The position numbers and the translations under genes were made by a program. A stretch of DNA of 64,000 bases from Eledone cirrhosa (Eukaryota): contig OZ024747.1 in NCBI GenBank assembly GCA_964016885.1, positions 1,364,001-1,428,000 of the forward strand, read 5' to 3'. The notes beneath the pieces were generated by a model, which saw only the letters and a program-made list of their open reading frames with translations, did no database searches and was not told the DNA's origin. Below, piece after piece: positions 39,430 through 53,924 of the stretch. Each line of letters starts with the position of its first letter. The first letter of the stretch is position 1.

Positions 39430-42400
39430 TATGTATGCCTGTGTGTGAGAGTGTGTATACGTCTGTCTGTGTCTGTGAGAGTGTATGTATGCCTGTGTGT
39501 GAGAGTGTGTATACGTCTGTCTGTGTCTGTGAGAGTGTGTGTATGTCTGTCTGTGTTTGTGAGAGTGTGTTTATGCCTGTGTGTGAGAGTGTGTATACGT
39601 CTGTCTGTGTCTGTGAGAGTGTGTGTATGTCTGTCTGTGTTTGTGAGAGTGTGTGTATGCCTGTGTGTGAGAGTGTGTATACGTCTGTCTGTGTCTGTGA
39701 GAGTGTGTGTATGCCTGTGTGTGAGAGTGTGTATACGTCTGTCTGTGTCTGTGAGAGTGTGTGTATGTCTGTCTGTGAGTGTGTGTATACGTCTGTCTGT
39801 ATCTGTGAGAGTGTGTATACGTCTGTCTGTGTTTGTGAGAGTGTGTGTATGTCTGTCTGTGAGAGTGTGTATACGTCTGTCTGTGTCTGTGAGAGTGTGT
39901 GTGTGCCTGTCTGTGAGAGTGTGTATACGTCTGTCTGTGTCTGTGAGAGTGTGTGTATGCCTGTCTGTGAGAGTGTGTATACGTCTGTCTGTGTCTGTGA
40001 GAGTGTGTGTATGTCTGTCTGTGAGAGTGTGTATACGTCTGTGTCTGTGAGAGTGTGTGTATGTCTGTCTGTGAGAGTGTGTATACGTCTGTCTGTGTCT
40101 GTGAGAGTGTGTGTATGTCTGTCTGTGAGAGTGTGTATACGTCTGTCTGTGTCTGTGAGAGTGTGTGTGTGCCTGTCTGTGAGAGTGTGTATACGTCTGT
40201 CTGTGTCTGTGAGAGTGTGTGTATGCATGTCTGTGAGAGTGTGTATACGTCTGTCTGTGTCTGTGAGAGTGTGTGTATGTCTGTATGTGAGAGTGTGTGT
40301 ATGTCTGTCTGTGAGAGTGTGTATACGTCTGTCTGTGTCTGTGAGAGTGTGTGTGTGCCTGTCTGTGAGAGTGTGTATACGTCTGTCTGTGTCTGTGAGA
40401 GTGTGTGTGTGCCTGTCTGTGAGAGTGTGTATACGTCTGTCTGTGTCTGTGAGAGTGTGTGTATGCCTGTCTGTGAGAGTGTGTATACGTCTGTCTGTGT
40501 CTGTGAGAGTGTCTGTATGTCTGTCTGTGAGAGTGTGTGTGTGCCTGTCTGTGAGAGTGTGTATACGTCTGTCTGTGTCTGTGAGAGTGTGTGTGTGCCT
40601 GTCTGTGAGAGTGTGTATACGTCTGTCTGTGTCTGTGAGAGTGTGTGTATGCCTGTCTGTGAGAGTGTGTATACGTCTGTCTGTGTCTGTGAGAGTGTGT
40701 GTATGTCTGTCTGTGAGAGTGTGTATACGTCTGTCTGTGTCTGTGAGAGTGTGTGTGTGCCTGTCTGTGAGAGTGTGTATACGTCTGTCTGTGTCTGTGA
40801 GAGTGTGTGTGTGCCTGTCTGTGAGAGTGTGTATACGTCTGTCTGTGTCTGTGAGAGTGTGTGTATGCCTGTCTGTGAGAGTGTGTATACGTCTGTCTGT
40901 GTCTGTGAGAGTGTGTGTATGCCTGTCTGTGAGAGTGTGTATACGTCTGTCTGTGTCTGTGAGAGTGTGTGTATGCCTGTCTGTGAGAGTGTGTATACGT
41001 CTGTCTGTGTCTGTGAGAGTGTGTGTATGTCTGTCTGTGAGAGTGTGTATACGTCTGTCTGTGTCTGTGAGAGTGTGTGTGTGCCTGTCTGTGAGAGTGT
41101 GTATACGTCTGTCTGTGTCTGTGAGAGTGTGTGTGTGCCTGTCTGTGAGAGTGTGTATACGTCTGTCTGTGTCTGTGAGAGTGTGTGTATGCCTGTCTGT
41201 GAGAGTGTGTATACGTCTGTCTGTGTCTGTGAGAGTGTGTGTATGTCTGTCTGTGAGAGTGTGTATACGTCTGTCTGTGTCTGTGAGAGTGTGTGTGTGC
41301 CTGTCTGTGAGAGTGTGTATACGTCTGTCTGTGTCTGTGAGAGTGTGTGTGTGCCTGTCTGTGAGAGTGTGTATACGTCTGTCTGTGTCTGTGAGAGTGT
41401 GTGTATGCCTGTCTGTGAGAGTGTGTATACGTCTGTCTGTGTCTGTGAGAGTGTGTGTATGCCTGTCTGTGAGAGTGTGTATACGTCTGTCTGTGTCTGT
41501 GAGAGTGTGTGTATGCCTGTCTGTGAGAGTGTGTATACGTCTGTCTGTGTCTGTGAGAGTGTGTGTATGTCTGTCTGTGAGAGTGTGTCTGTGAGAGTGT
41601 GTGTATATCTGTGAGAGTGTGTGTGCCTGTCTGTGAGAGTGTGTATACGTCTGTCTGTGTCTGTGAGAGTGTGTGTGTGCCTGTCTGTGAGAGTGTGTAT
41701 ACGTCTGTCTGTGTCTGTGAGAGTGTGTGTATGTCTGTCTGTGAGAGTGTGTGTATGTCTGTCTGTGTCTGTGAGAGTGTGTGTGTGCCTGTATGTGAGA
41801 GTGTGTATACGTCTGTCTGTGTCTGTGAGAGTGTGTGTATGTCTGTCTGTGAGAGTGTGTGTATGTCTGTCTGTGTCTGTGAGAGTGTGTGTGTGCCTGT
41901 CTGTGAGAGTGTGTGTATGTCTGTCTGTGTTTGTGAGAGTGTGTGTATGTCTGTCTGTGAGAGTGTGTGTATGTCTGTCTGTGTCTGTGAGAGTGTGTGT
42001 ATGTCTGTCTGTGTTTGTGAGAGTGTGTGTATGTCTGTCTGTGAGAGTGTGTGTGTCTGTGAGAGTGTGTGTATGTCTGTCTGTGAGAGTGTGTGTGTGC
42101 CTGTCTGTGTTTGTGAGAGTGTGTGTATGTCTGTCTGTGAGAGTGTGTGTGTCTGTGAGAGTGTGTGTATGTCTGTCTGTGAGAGTGTGTGTGTGCCTGT
42201 CTGTGTTTGTGAGAGTGTGTGTATGTCTGTCTGTGAGAGTGTGTGTGTCTGTGAGAGTGTGTGTATGTCTGTCTGTGAGAGTGTGTGTATGTCTGTCTGT
42301 GTTTGTGAGAGTGTGTGTATGTCTGTCTGTGAGAGTGTGTGTGTCTGTTAGAGTGTGTGTATGTCTGTCTGTGAGAGTGTGTGTGTCTGTGAGAGTGTGT

Positions 42401-42870
42401 GTATGTCTGTCTGTGAGAGTGTGTGTGTCTGTGAGAGTGTGTGTATGTCTGTCTGTGAGAGTGTGTCTGTCTGTGAGAGTGTGTGTATGTCTGTCTGTGA
42501 GAATGTGTGTATGTCTGTCTGTCTGTGAGAGTGTGTGTGTGCCTGTCTGTGTTTGTGAGAGTGTGTGTGTCTGTCTGTCTGTGAGAGTGTGTGTATCTCT
42601 ATCAGTGAGAGTGTGTGTGTGCCTGTCTGTGTTTGTGAGAGTGTGTGTGTATGTCTGTGTTTGTGAGAGTGTATGTGTCTGCCTGTGTTTGTGAGAGTGT
42701 GTGTGTCTGTCTGTGTTTGTGAGAGAGTGTGTCTGTCTGCCTGTGAGAGTGTGTGTATGTCTGTCTGTGAGAATGTGTGTATGTCTGTCTGTCTGTGAGA
42801 GTGTGTGTATGTCTGTCTGTGTTTGTGAGAGTGTGTGTGTCTGTCTGTGTTTGTGAGAGTGTGTGTGTGC
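39430..42870. repeat. 54-bp composite GT/GA minisatellite (24+30-bp subunits)
   Basis: Translates as the 18-aa repeat [18 protein letters not shown]; non-coding. Confidence 0.95.
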
Positions 42871-42956
42871 AAGTATGGATGTTATTGCATTTGTGGATCT
42901 GTATGTTCTGAGTTATATGTGTACATATACATATATTTCGCTCTCTCTCTATATAC

Positions 42957-43028
<72 letters not shown>

Positions 43029-43130
43029 TTATGTGTGTGTGTGTATGCAGTTATTACATACTTCTGTGCACCAACACACTTCTTGTCCTATTTTAATCTT
43101 TTCTATATTTCATCTGCCTGTCACCCACCT

Positions 43131-43740
43131 TGTTGACCACTGGCCGCTGGCCTCTGTCCTCTGTTGACCACTGGCCGCTGGCCTCTGTCCTCTGTTGACC
43201 ACTGGCCGCTGGCCTCTGTCCTCTGTTGACCACTGGCCGCTGGCCTCTGTCCTCTGTTGACCACTGGCCGCTGGCCTCTGTCCTCTGTTGACCACTGGCC
43301 GCTGGTCTCTGTCCTCTGTTGACCACTGGCCGCTGGTCTCTGCTCTCTGTTGACCACTGGCCGCTGGCCTCTGTCCTCTGTTGACCACTGGCCGCTGGCC
43401 TCTGTCCTCTGTTGACCACTGGCCGCTGGTCTCTCTCCTCTGTTGACCACTGGCCGCTGGCCTCTGTCCTCTGTTGACCACTGGCCGCTGGTCTCTCTCC
43501 TCTGTTGACCACTGGCCGCTGGTCTCTGTCCTCTGTTGACCACTGGCCGCTGGTCTCTGCTCTCTGTTGACCACTGGCCGCTGGCCTCTGTCCTCTGTTG
43601 ACCACTCGTCGCTGGCCTCTGTTGACCACTGGCCGCTGGTCTCTCTCCTCTGTTGACCACTGGCCGCTGGTCTATGTCCTCTGTTGACCACTGGCCGCTG
43701 GTCTATGTCCTCTGTTGACCACTCGCCACTGGTCTCTGTT
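43131..43740. repeat. 31-bp GC-rich minisatellite (TGTTGACCACTGGCCGCTGGCCTCTGTCCTC)
   Basis: Direct reading, ~20 copies. Confidence 0.95.
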
Positions 43741-44567
43741 CTCAGATATTATTACCCATCGCTGTCTTTCACATCATGTAGCTGGTCTAGCGATGAGTTT
43801 TCTCATTTTTAGATGTAGTAACTCGCGCTTTGTCTCAGAACAACATTGTTGTTTCATTTATTAGAGTTAAATAAATGTCCTAGGAGTGGAGACGGGTGTG
43901 GATGTGGATTAACTAACGTTATTGCCAGATATTTGACGTAAATAAATCCAAAGAAACAGTCCTCGGTGAAGTGACAATGCTAATAAGAAAATACAATCCC
44001 GCATTCAAACCTCCAACGGAGTTCTGCATTCACGCGAGGATCTTAGTTTTGTCTCCCGGTTTCCATGGTTACATGACGCATGTACATACCAATATTCCGT
44101 GGTCTTACTGCAACGACCACACCCACCCAAATTACACTTTCTCATCTTCCATACGATCTCAGCACATCTGTTTCTTCCCACGTGACCAACACACGGTTAT
44201 TCACACTGTATCGATCTTTGGTTGCTAAGGAATGTCGATAGATCGAAGAAGGAAACTGAGGAGTCAGTAGGAAAATAAACACATCATCATCATCATCATC
44301 ATCAACATCAACATCAATAACAATGGCAACAAGAACATATATAAAGAGAAAGAAATTAGACACTAATTAAATTATACCACCGAGCTGGCTTATAGACAAG
44401 GTCTAAAATTCTTCCAGAAGACTTGAACTAGCTCAGGCTATACGAATTCTCTCCCTTGTTTACTTCTCATGATATCGACAACGCCAAAGGGAGTTTTGGT
44501 CTAGAAATTGAGAAGATAATCTGAGGTGATTGCAGCTTTTTCCTCGCTCGCCATATTCAGGCTGCGA

Positions 44568-44990
44568 TATATACACACTTCATGTATATATACACTTTAT
44601 GTATATATACACTTCATGTATATATACACTTTATATATATATACACTTTATGTAATTATACACTTTATATATATATACACTTTATGTATATATACACATT
44701 TTATGTATATATACACTTTATGTAATTATACACTTTATATATATATACACTTTATGTATATATACACACTTTATGTATATATACACTTTATGTATATATA
44801 CACTTTATGTATATATACACTTTATGTAATTATACACTTTATATATATATACACTTTATATATATATACACTTTATGTATATATACACACTTTATGTATA
44901 TATACACACTTTATGTATATATACACTTTATGTATATATACACTTTATGTATATATACACTTTATGTATATATATACTTTATATATATAT
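44568..44990. repeat. ~17-21-bp AT-rich minisatellite (CACTTTATGTATATATA)
   Basis: Direct reading. Confidence 0.9.
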
Positions 44991-44992
44991 AT

Positions 44993-45216
44993 CAGGGGCG
45001 GTGGAAGCATTTCTGAAGTGTTTGGTGGGTAAATGTGGACAATTCAGTTGTAGTGGTTAGTTTAGCTCGTTGACTCTAAAATGGTGAGAAAAGTTCGATA
45101 TGAGATAAACATAACATGTACATAAATTGTAGCACATATCCTGATGTGTTTTGGTAGTTTGGGGAGAAAATATTATTGGAGGGGGACATGCCCCACCCCC
45201 AGTTCTACCGCCACTG
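44993..45216. mobile_element. MITE CAGGGGCGGTGGAA...TTCTACCGCCACTG in (TA)n
   Basis: Imperfect ~14-bp TIRs; reverse-complement copy at 32129-32373. Confidence 0.75.
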
Positions 45217-46109
45217 TATATATATAATTGAAAATTTGTGCTCTCTACCCTTTCCTATTTTGTCAGACACTCCACCGATCTGCCAACCCACCTCCCAAAA
45301 GGACGAAGACAAAGGTTTCTGATTTAAGCACAAAACCAACAGTTTGAAGAAAAGGGGAAAGTCGATTAACTCTACCCCAGTGCATTACTGGTACTTTATT
45401 TTATCACTCCGTAAGGATGAAAGGCGAATCTAACCTCGGCGAGGTTCGAACTCGGAACATAAAGGGACGTAACTCTATGCCGTGAAGCATGTTGTCCAAC
45501 GCTCTACGTATTCTGCTAATCCACCTTCTTAAAGGAAAAGAAAATAATTGAAAAAAGACAAAAGCAATGAAACAATAAAGACAAAAAAAAAAAAAAGAAA
45601 GAAAAATAAGAAAAGGAAAAATTGTGAGTGAACGACAAATTTTATTTTCCAAACTAACATACATGTAAACATATTTGTAGTAGTTTATTGTCCTGGTCAA
45701 TATAATGTGGTCGACATTTTGAATTATCATGTGGATTGCCACCAAGATGGCGACATTGTTGTCGTTTATTCCCAGATTAGAACAAATATCGGACACAGCT
45801 ATGATTAACGACCTTGTAGCCATAGCAATACCTTCATTTTTTCTTAGAGCGTCTCTAACCCTACTTCATCTGACAACAGGGTGTAATTTGAGGGAGATTT
45901 GGTTGCTATTTTAGCAGGTTAAGTGATCACACAAATGATCTTTCATGTCCTTGAGTTGATAATATCAGTGTTATTAGTTTTGTTGTTGTTGTTTATTGTC
46001 AGGTCAGCCTTCGTCGTCGAAGACCTATAGTAAGAACCGTTCCAACCGTGCCCTCGACATCCTTATTCACACACACATACACACACACATGCACACACAC
46101 ACACCAACG

Positions 46110-46158
<49 letters not shown>

Positions 46159-48157
46159 ACACACACACACATATATATATAGTGTAACAAGAACTATGTT
46201 ATTTAATCGGTAGGTTGGGATATGAGAGAGATTTGGCTGCTGTTTCTAGCTAGTCGGGCGTCCCTCTTTGGCTCAGAAACAGGTTTTTGTTTGTTTGGGA
46301 TGGCGCTTCTCTATATTTTGGTTTATTGAGAGGAGGGATGTTGGCGTTTATCACCGTTTTCAGTTCCCCCGAAACTAACAGAGGGAAGGGAGGAAGTTCT
46401 CCTCAAACAAGAGATCTCTTCCAAATACTTGCAACAGAGTTTGATCCTGCTAAGGTCACTCGAGTGACACGTTATTGTGTTAAAACCTAATATGTCTAGT
46501 ACTCAAACAAATAAAACAGAGGGAGATAAGTGCCTTGTTTCATCGAAAAATTTCTTTTTATTTAATCGCGAGAGTTAATGGAGGGTTTTAGTGACGATAG
46601 CCGGGGTCTAATTCATCACCAATGACAGAGTAATCTCTTCTGGGGGTATTTCAGGCCTGAGGTTATGAAGAATTTTCAAATGTTTTTGGCTTGGTAATGT
46701 TATAGAAGTAGGCACTTTGCCTGTTTGAGAAATAAAAAAAAAACAACAACTCTACAAACAAGACTGAAATGCTTGTAGGGTTATAAAATTGCAACTAGCA
46801 CTGTCTAACATGTGCCGATTTATGGGCTTATATTGAACAGCTATTGTCGAGTGTGGAATGGACCCAGCATTTAACCGAGTCAATCGATAAAGTCAAACCA
46901 CCACTCCCTTCCTTTGGTGCGGAAGAGCGGGTAGTCTTCTTCCGTGTGATGGCTCTGACGAAAAAAGTATGGCGGACATCGTTGAAAGGCGCGAGGAGAC
47001 CTTTTTTTCCTTTCAAGCCAAACCTGCTTCAACTTCTTGAAGTAAATTTTACGAAATGTGGTCGAGAGAAGGAAAATTAGTGTGGCTGAATAGACTTAAC
47101 TATATGGTTGTAGAGTGACCCTAAGAACTGCGAAAAGTGTATTCTGTGTACAAGGAGGGCAGAACGCCTTATATAATTCTAAACTATTTGTTACCCATCT
47201 TCTCATTATTCTGTAAAACCTCCACCTTAATCTGGTAACTTGTCTTTGTAATGTCTCCTTCATTCCACACCCTTGTGGCAAACAAAAGAAATCATTATTA
47301 TTATTGTTTTATCGATCCTTACAGGGTCGATAAAATATAGTACCAGTAATGCACTAGGTCGATTTAATCGACTTTTTCCCTCCACTGAATTGTAGTTCTT
47401 GTTCCTAAATCAGAAACTATTATTATTATTATTATTAGTGGATTGGCAGTATCGGTAGAAGGTCGGACGCCGTGCTTTGCAACATAGAGTTTTGGCCATT
47501 TACGTTCTGAGTTCAAATGCCACCAAGGTTAGCTTTGCCTTTCATCCTTACGGGGTAGATAAAATAAAGTACCAGTAATGTACTGGGTCGATTTAATAGA
47601 CTTTCGACTCCCCTCGAAATTGTTGGCTTTGTGCCTATTGTAGAAATCATTATTATTATTATTGGAGACGTCATCGGTAATATCAGGGAACATGAAAAGT
47701 TGGTGTTGCATAGTCTGGCCTGAATAGGGACAGACATTCGGTTGTAGGAGACAGGAGTCGAGACAGAAGACAGGAGACAGAAGACAGGAGACAGGAGACG
47801 AGAGACGAGACAGAAGACGAGGCAGGAGACAATCAGAAGAGATAAGAAGAAAGGAAGTTGCAGAAAAATGTTAAATATATTATATTGAAAAATGTCTGCC
47901 AAAACAACAACGATAAAAAAAAAAAGAACAGCAACTACTACAACAACGGAAAAAAACCATCGCTACCATCACCACCACCAACAGCAACAACAACAATAGC
48001 AACAACTATGAAGTAAAGGTGAGTGCCAAAAGGTCAAAGATGGTAGTAAGGTCAAGGCAGTGCCCACTGTTACTATGATACGTATATACAATCCAGAATG
48101 TTCTTTTGACAGTACTGTAGGAGTTTCTGACATCCGAAACAACTGCGTCACAAATCG

Positions 48158-48209
<52 letters not shown>

Positions 48210-48377
48210 ACATATATATAGGGGGTAATGTGTGTGGGAATGAGGTTTTTACATAGCAGTATAATCAGACATTGTTTGTTTGATGTGTGCTTATATATAT
48301 ATATATGACTGCATGATAAAGTGATTAATCTTCAAATAATGTCCCATTTCGGGGTTATTGTTTTTGTAAACGTCACG

Positions 48378-48438
<61 letters not shown>

Positions 48439-48472
48439 TGTGTGTGTATATGTGAATGTATGTATGAATGTG

Positions 48473-48506
<34 letters not shown>

Positions 48507-48946
48507 TGTATGAATGTAGGTAGGTAGGTATGTAAATATACATGTGTATATGTATGTATACATGTATGTATGTATATATGTATGTATGTATGTATATATA
48601 TACATACATGTATGTATGTGTAACTTTGTCATATATGTATATATGATTTCTTTAGTTATCAATTTCTTTGCCGACGTCAATTTCGTCCATGGAGGAAACT
48701 TTATTCTCACTATTATCATAATCATCATCATCATCATCACCATCATTATCAAGACCATCTTCATCACGCCCATGTATTCCCATAAGATTGTCATCATCAT
48801 CATCGTCGTATTTTCTTCTATTGGCTCTATCATTGTATGTAGTGTGTTCGTTTTGTTTCGTACTCCTCTCGGACGGTGGCGTCTCCTGGTGAGAGAATAC
48901 GAAAATAATATGTTACTATTTTTGATAATTACAAATCTGTTGTGCA

Positions 48947-49003
<57 letters not shown>

Positions 49004-49580
49004 GTGCAGATTAAAAGTTTAAGCAAAGAATTTCTGCTTTCACCGTATATATTATGATATTGTTGCATATTGATCAAAATTATTCCTGTATTTCTGCTCC
49101 TAATGTTCATAATTTTAGTTGAGCTGATTTATGGTCCTAATGAGGAACTATGTTTAGCATTCCTCTTGACCCGCCCGTATCCTCTCACTTAGGCGTCATT
49201 ATACATGACCTTTCACGGTTTGTGATTTGATTGCATACCCGACCACTGAAGCTATACGTATATATTAAGATGTTGCCTACTGAGGATGAACCTATCATTT
49301 TAATGATACCTTTTACATAATAATGGTATATATATATATAATAATGGCATTATATCTTGTTTGCCCTAAACAGATCTGATGAGGCCTTAAGAATTGGTAT
49401 TTACCATCTTCATGTAAGTTCATTGCTTGCCTTCCCACTTTTCTTGTGTCTTTATAACTTTATGTCTACATACGGTCTTGGATATGCTTGTCAAGGTTGT
49501 ATTAACTGATGTGTAGGCTAAGGCTGGTTCTTTTCGAAACTGTTTTGTCATCAAGCCAACAAGATGATCGATATATATAT

Positions 49581-49733
49581 ATATTTATTAAAATAACAGA
49601 TTAAAGTTTAAGCAAAGAATCGCTGCTGCTTTCACCCTTAACGGGATCGTCTGAAACTGTTTTCAGAAGATCCCGTTAAGAGTGAAAGCAGCGATTCTTT
49701 GCTTAAAATTTAATTTGTTATTTTAATAAATAT
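49581..49733. repeat. ~75-bp fold-back inverted repeat; family members at ~49005 and ~55250
   Basis: Arms 49581-49656 and 49661-49733 with a 4-nt loop; abuts (TA)n. Confidence 0.88.
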
Positions 49734-49816
49734 TTGCTCTAGGTTTCTTATATATTTAATATATATTTATCCTTATCGACCCCTCTTTGGATTTTAGTTT
49801 TCACATTTATTATCAT

Positions 49817-49872
<56 letters not shown>

Positions 49873-50239
49873 CACAACATAGCTGTTAAGATTTAGAAAA
49901 CTAGTGTAAAAAGCTTCTAACAACATTATATACTTAATATATTTATATTTGACTACAGATAAGAAAAACTCGGAAAGTGAAGCGCACGTCGCACTAGATA
50001 ATCATAACAAGTATTTTACTTCCAATCTCAGATGTAAATAAATTAGACCAGCAAAAACTGAGATCGGATTAATAAGTAAGAATATCTTAAGCAACTGGTA
50101 TGCAACCCCAAAACAAGAGTTTAATATCATTAATCATAAAACAGTTCTAAGTTTACCATATTCTATATAGTCTAATTAGATCGGCTTGTCACAAAACTTC
50201 TACTCATCAACATTTTAGAACATTTAAGGGCGTATAACA

Positions 50240-52988
50240 ATACTATAGATACCTCCATATACTATAGATACCTTCCATATACTATAGATACCTACCATAT
50301 ACTATAGATACCCTCCATATACTATAGATAACCTCCATATACTATAGATACACTACATATACTATAGATACCCCCCCCCCATATACTATAGATACCTTCC
50401 ATATACTATAGATACCTTCCATATACTATAGATACCCTTTATATACTATAGATACCCTCCATATACTATAGATACCCTCCATATACTATAGATACCCTCC
50501 ATATACTATAGATACCCTCCATATACTATAGATACCTCCCATATACTATAGATACCTTCCATATACTATAGATACCCTCCATATACTATAGATACCTTCC
50601 ATATACTATATATACCCTCCATATACTATAGATACCTTCCATATACTATAGATACCCTCCATATACTATAGATACCCTCCATATACTATAGATACCCCCC
50701 ATATACTATAGATACCCCCTATATACTATAGATACCCTCCATATACTATAGATACCTTCCATATACTATAGATAGCCTCCATATACTATAGATACCCTCC
50801 ATATACTATAGATACCCCCCATATACTATAGATACCCCCATATACTATAGATACCCCCATATACTATAGATACCCTCCATATACTATAGATACACTACAT
50901 ATACTATAGATACCCTCCATATACTATAGATACCCTCCATATACTATAGATACACTACATATACTATAGATACCCTCCATATACTATAGATACCTTCCAT
51001 ATACTATAGATACCCCCATATACTATAGATACCTTCCATATACTATAGATACCTACCATATACTATAGATACACTACATTTACTATAGATACCCTCCATA
51101 TACTATAGATACCTTCCATATACTATAGATACCCCCATATACTATAGATACCCTCCATATACTATAGATACCCTCCATATACTATATATACCCTCCATAT
51201 AGTATATATACCCTCCATATACTATAGATACCCCCTCCCCCCATATACTATAGATACCCCCATATACTATAGATACATTACATATACTATAAATACCCCC
51301 CATATACTATAGATACCCTCCATATACTATAGATACACTACATATACTATAGATACCCCCCCCCCCATATACTATAGATACCTTCCATATACTATAGATA
51401 CCTTCCATATACTATAGATACCCTTTATATACTATAGATACCCTCCATATACTATAGATACCCTCCATATACTATAGATACCCTCCATATACTATAGATA
51501 CCCTCCATATACTATAGATACCCCCCATATACTATAGATACCTTCCATATACTATAGATACCCTCCATATACTATAGATACCTTCCATATACTATATATA
51601 CCCTCCATATACTATAGATACCTTCCATATACTATAGATACCCTCCATATACTATAGATACCCTCCATATACTATAGATACCCCCCATATACTATAGATA
51701 CCCCCTATATACTATAGATACCCTCCATATACTATAGATACCTTCCATATACTATAGATAGCCTCCATATACTATAGATACCCTCCATATACTATAGATA
51801 CCCCCCATATACTATAGATACCCCCATATACTATAGATACCCCCATATACTATAGATACACTCCATATACTATAGATACACTACATATACTATAGATACC
51901 CTCCATATACTATAGATACCCTCCATATACTATAGATACACTACATATACTATAGATACCCTCCATATACTATAGATACCTTCCATATACTATAGATACC
52001 CCCATATACTATAGATACCTTCCATATACTATAGATACCTACCATATACTATAGATACACTACATTTACTATAGATACCCTCCATATACTATAGATACCT
52101 TCCATATACTATAGATACCCCCATATACTATAGATACCCTCCATATACTATAGATACCCTCCATATACTATAGATACCCTCCATATAGTATATATACCCT
52201 CCATATACTATAGATACCCCCTTCCCCATATACTATAGATACCCCCTCCCCCCATATACTATAGATACCCCCATATACTATAGATACATTACATATACTA
52301 TAAATACCCCCCATATACTATAGATACCCTCCATATACTATAGATACACTACATATACTATAGATACCCCCCATATACTATAGATACCCCCCATATACTA
52401 TAGATACCCTCCATATACTATAGATACCTTCCATATACTATAGTTACCCCCCCATATACTATAGATACCCTCCATATACTATAGATACCCTCCATATACT
52501 ATAGATACCTTCCATATACTATAGATACCTACCATATACTATAGATACCCTCCATATACTATAGATACCTTCCATATACTATAGATACCCCCATATACTA
52601 TAGATACCCTCCATATACTATAGATACCCTCCATATACTATAGATACCCTCCATATAGTATATATACCCTCCATATACTATAGATACCCCCTTCCCCATA
52701 TACTATAGATACCCCCTCCCCCCATATACTATAGATACCCCCTATATACTATAGATACCCTCCATATACTATAGATATCCTCCATATACTATAGATACCC
52801 TCCATATACTATAGATACACTATATATACTATAGATACCCTCCATATACTATAGATACCCTCCATATACTATAGATACCTTCCATATACTATATATACCC
52901 TCCATATACTATATATACCCTCCATATACTATAGATACCCACCATATACTATAGATACCCTCCATATACTATAGATACCCTCTATATT
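50240..52988. repeat. 20-bp satellite (ATATACTATAGATACCCTCC) with a ~986-bp higher-order duplication
   Basis: Rare unit variants (long poly-C, CCCTTT, GATAGCCTCC) recur 986 bp apart, e.g. 50771 and 51757. Confidence 0.95.
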
Positions 52989-53234
52989 TTCCATATCAGT
53001 GAAAGATCCTCTAATAGAAACGCCGTTAAATAACACAACACCAAACTATTCGAATAAATTAAAGGCCACGCCTACCAATGAAGAATTATGCCACGCCTAC
53101 TTCGTAGAAGCTTACATAAATAAAGAAAAGAAAACCGACAGCAAAACAGCAACTGCCGTCAAAAGACATAAATTACAGCCGAATCTTGAAAGTCACACAC
53201 ACACACATGCAGACATATACATACATATAGACAT

Positions 53235-53318
<84 letters not shown>

Positions 53319-53503
53319 ATATGGTCGACAACTGAGAAAATCTGAGAAAAAAGAGTACTCAATACCGAAGTAGAGTTTTAATATTATATTTATCAAGACT
53401 AATTAATGAGTCATGTTTTACCACAGGCTCATCATACAAGTTCTACATACATACATACATACATACATAGATACATACATACATACATACATACATACAT
53501 ACA

Positions 53504-53535
<32 letters not shown>

Positions 53536-53541
53536 CATACA

Positions 53542-53924
53542 TGGTGGCTGCCAACTCGTTTTCGAGTACGGCCACTACTTTATATCCATGTAGGAGAAGC
53601 CCTACTGATGCGCTGAACGAGTGTGACTTTTTAGTCCAGCCAGCGACTTGAAAACTTTGGTACAAACACTACACTTGTGACAATTACTGACACATAGTGC
53701 TGGGCCCATGGTACCATGTGACGACAAGTGCAGAGAGATCTCCAGATATAAAGCAATGCCTGTGCCGTGAAGCTTTTATAGTGAGCAAAGGCACTGCACA
53801 AAGCCAGTCCCACTCTCTTAACCAAGATGATATTTACCAAAAAGAAGAACACATCAACATCATTGGATACCATCAGGGTTGCAGGTGCTATATCAGAGTT
53901 TTCCTTCTCCTAGAATTCTGCCTT
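53542..53924 (-). mobile_element. Copy of the (ATGT)n-embedded repeat family
   Basis: Reverse complement of 10760-11140. Confidence 0.8.

Noticed and set aside
39399-42694. Long ORFs (731, 519 and 357 aa)
   Set aside because: Stop-free translations of a 54-bp GT/GA minisatellite in several frames.
46300-47280. Possible degenerate LINE RT on the minus strand (TGKVPTS...NLRP)
   Set aside because: Only one weak motif; cannot be classified by eye.
49373-49552. CTGATGA...GAAAC TGTTTT GTC hammerhead-like layout with a ~150-nt insert
   Set aside because: Stem I is only 3 bp and stem II does not close next to GAAA; could be chance or heavy decay.
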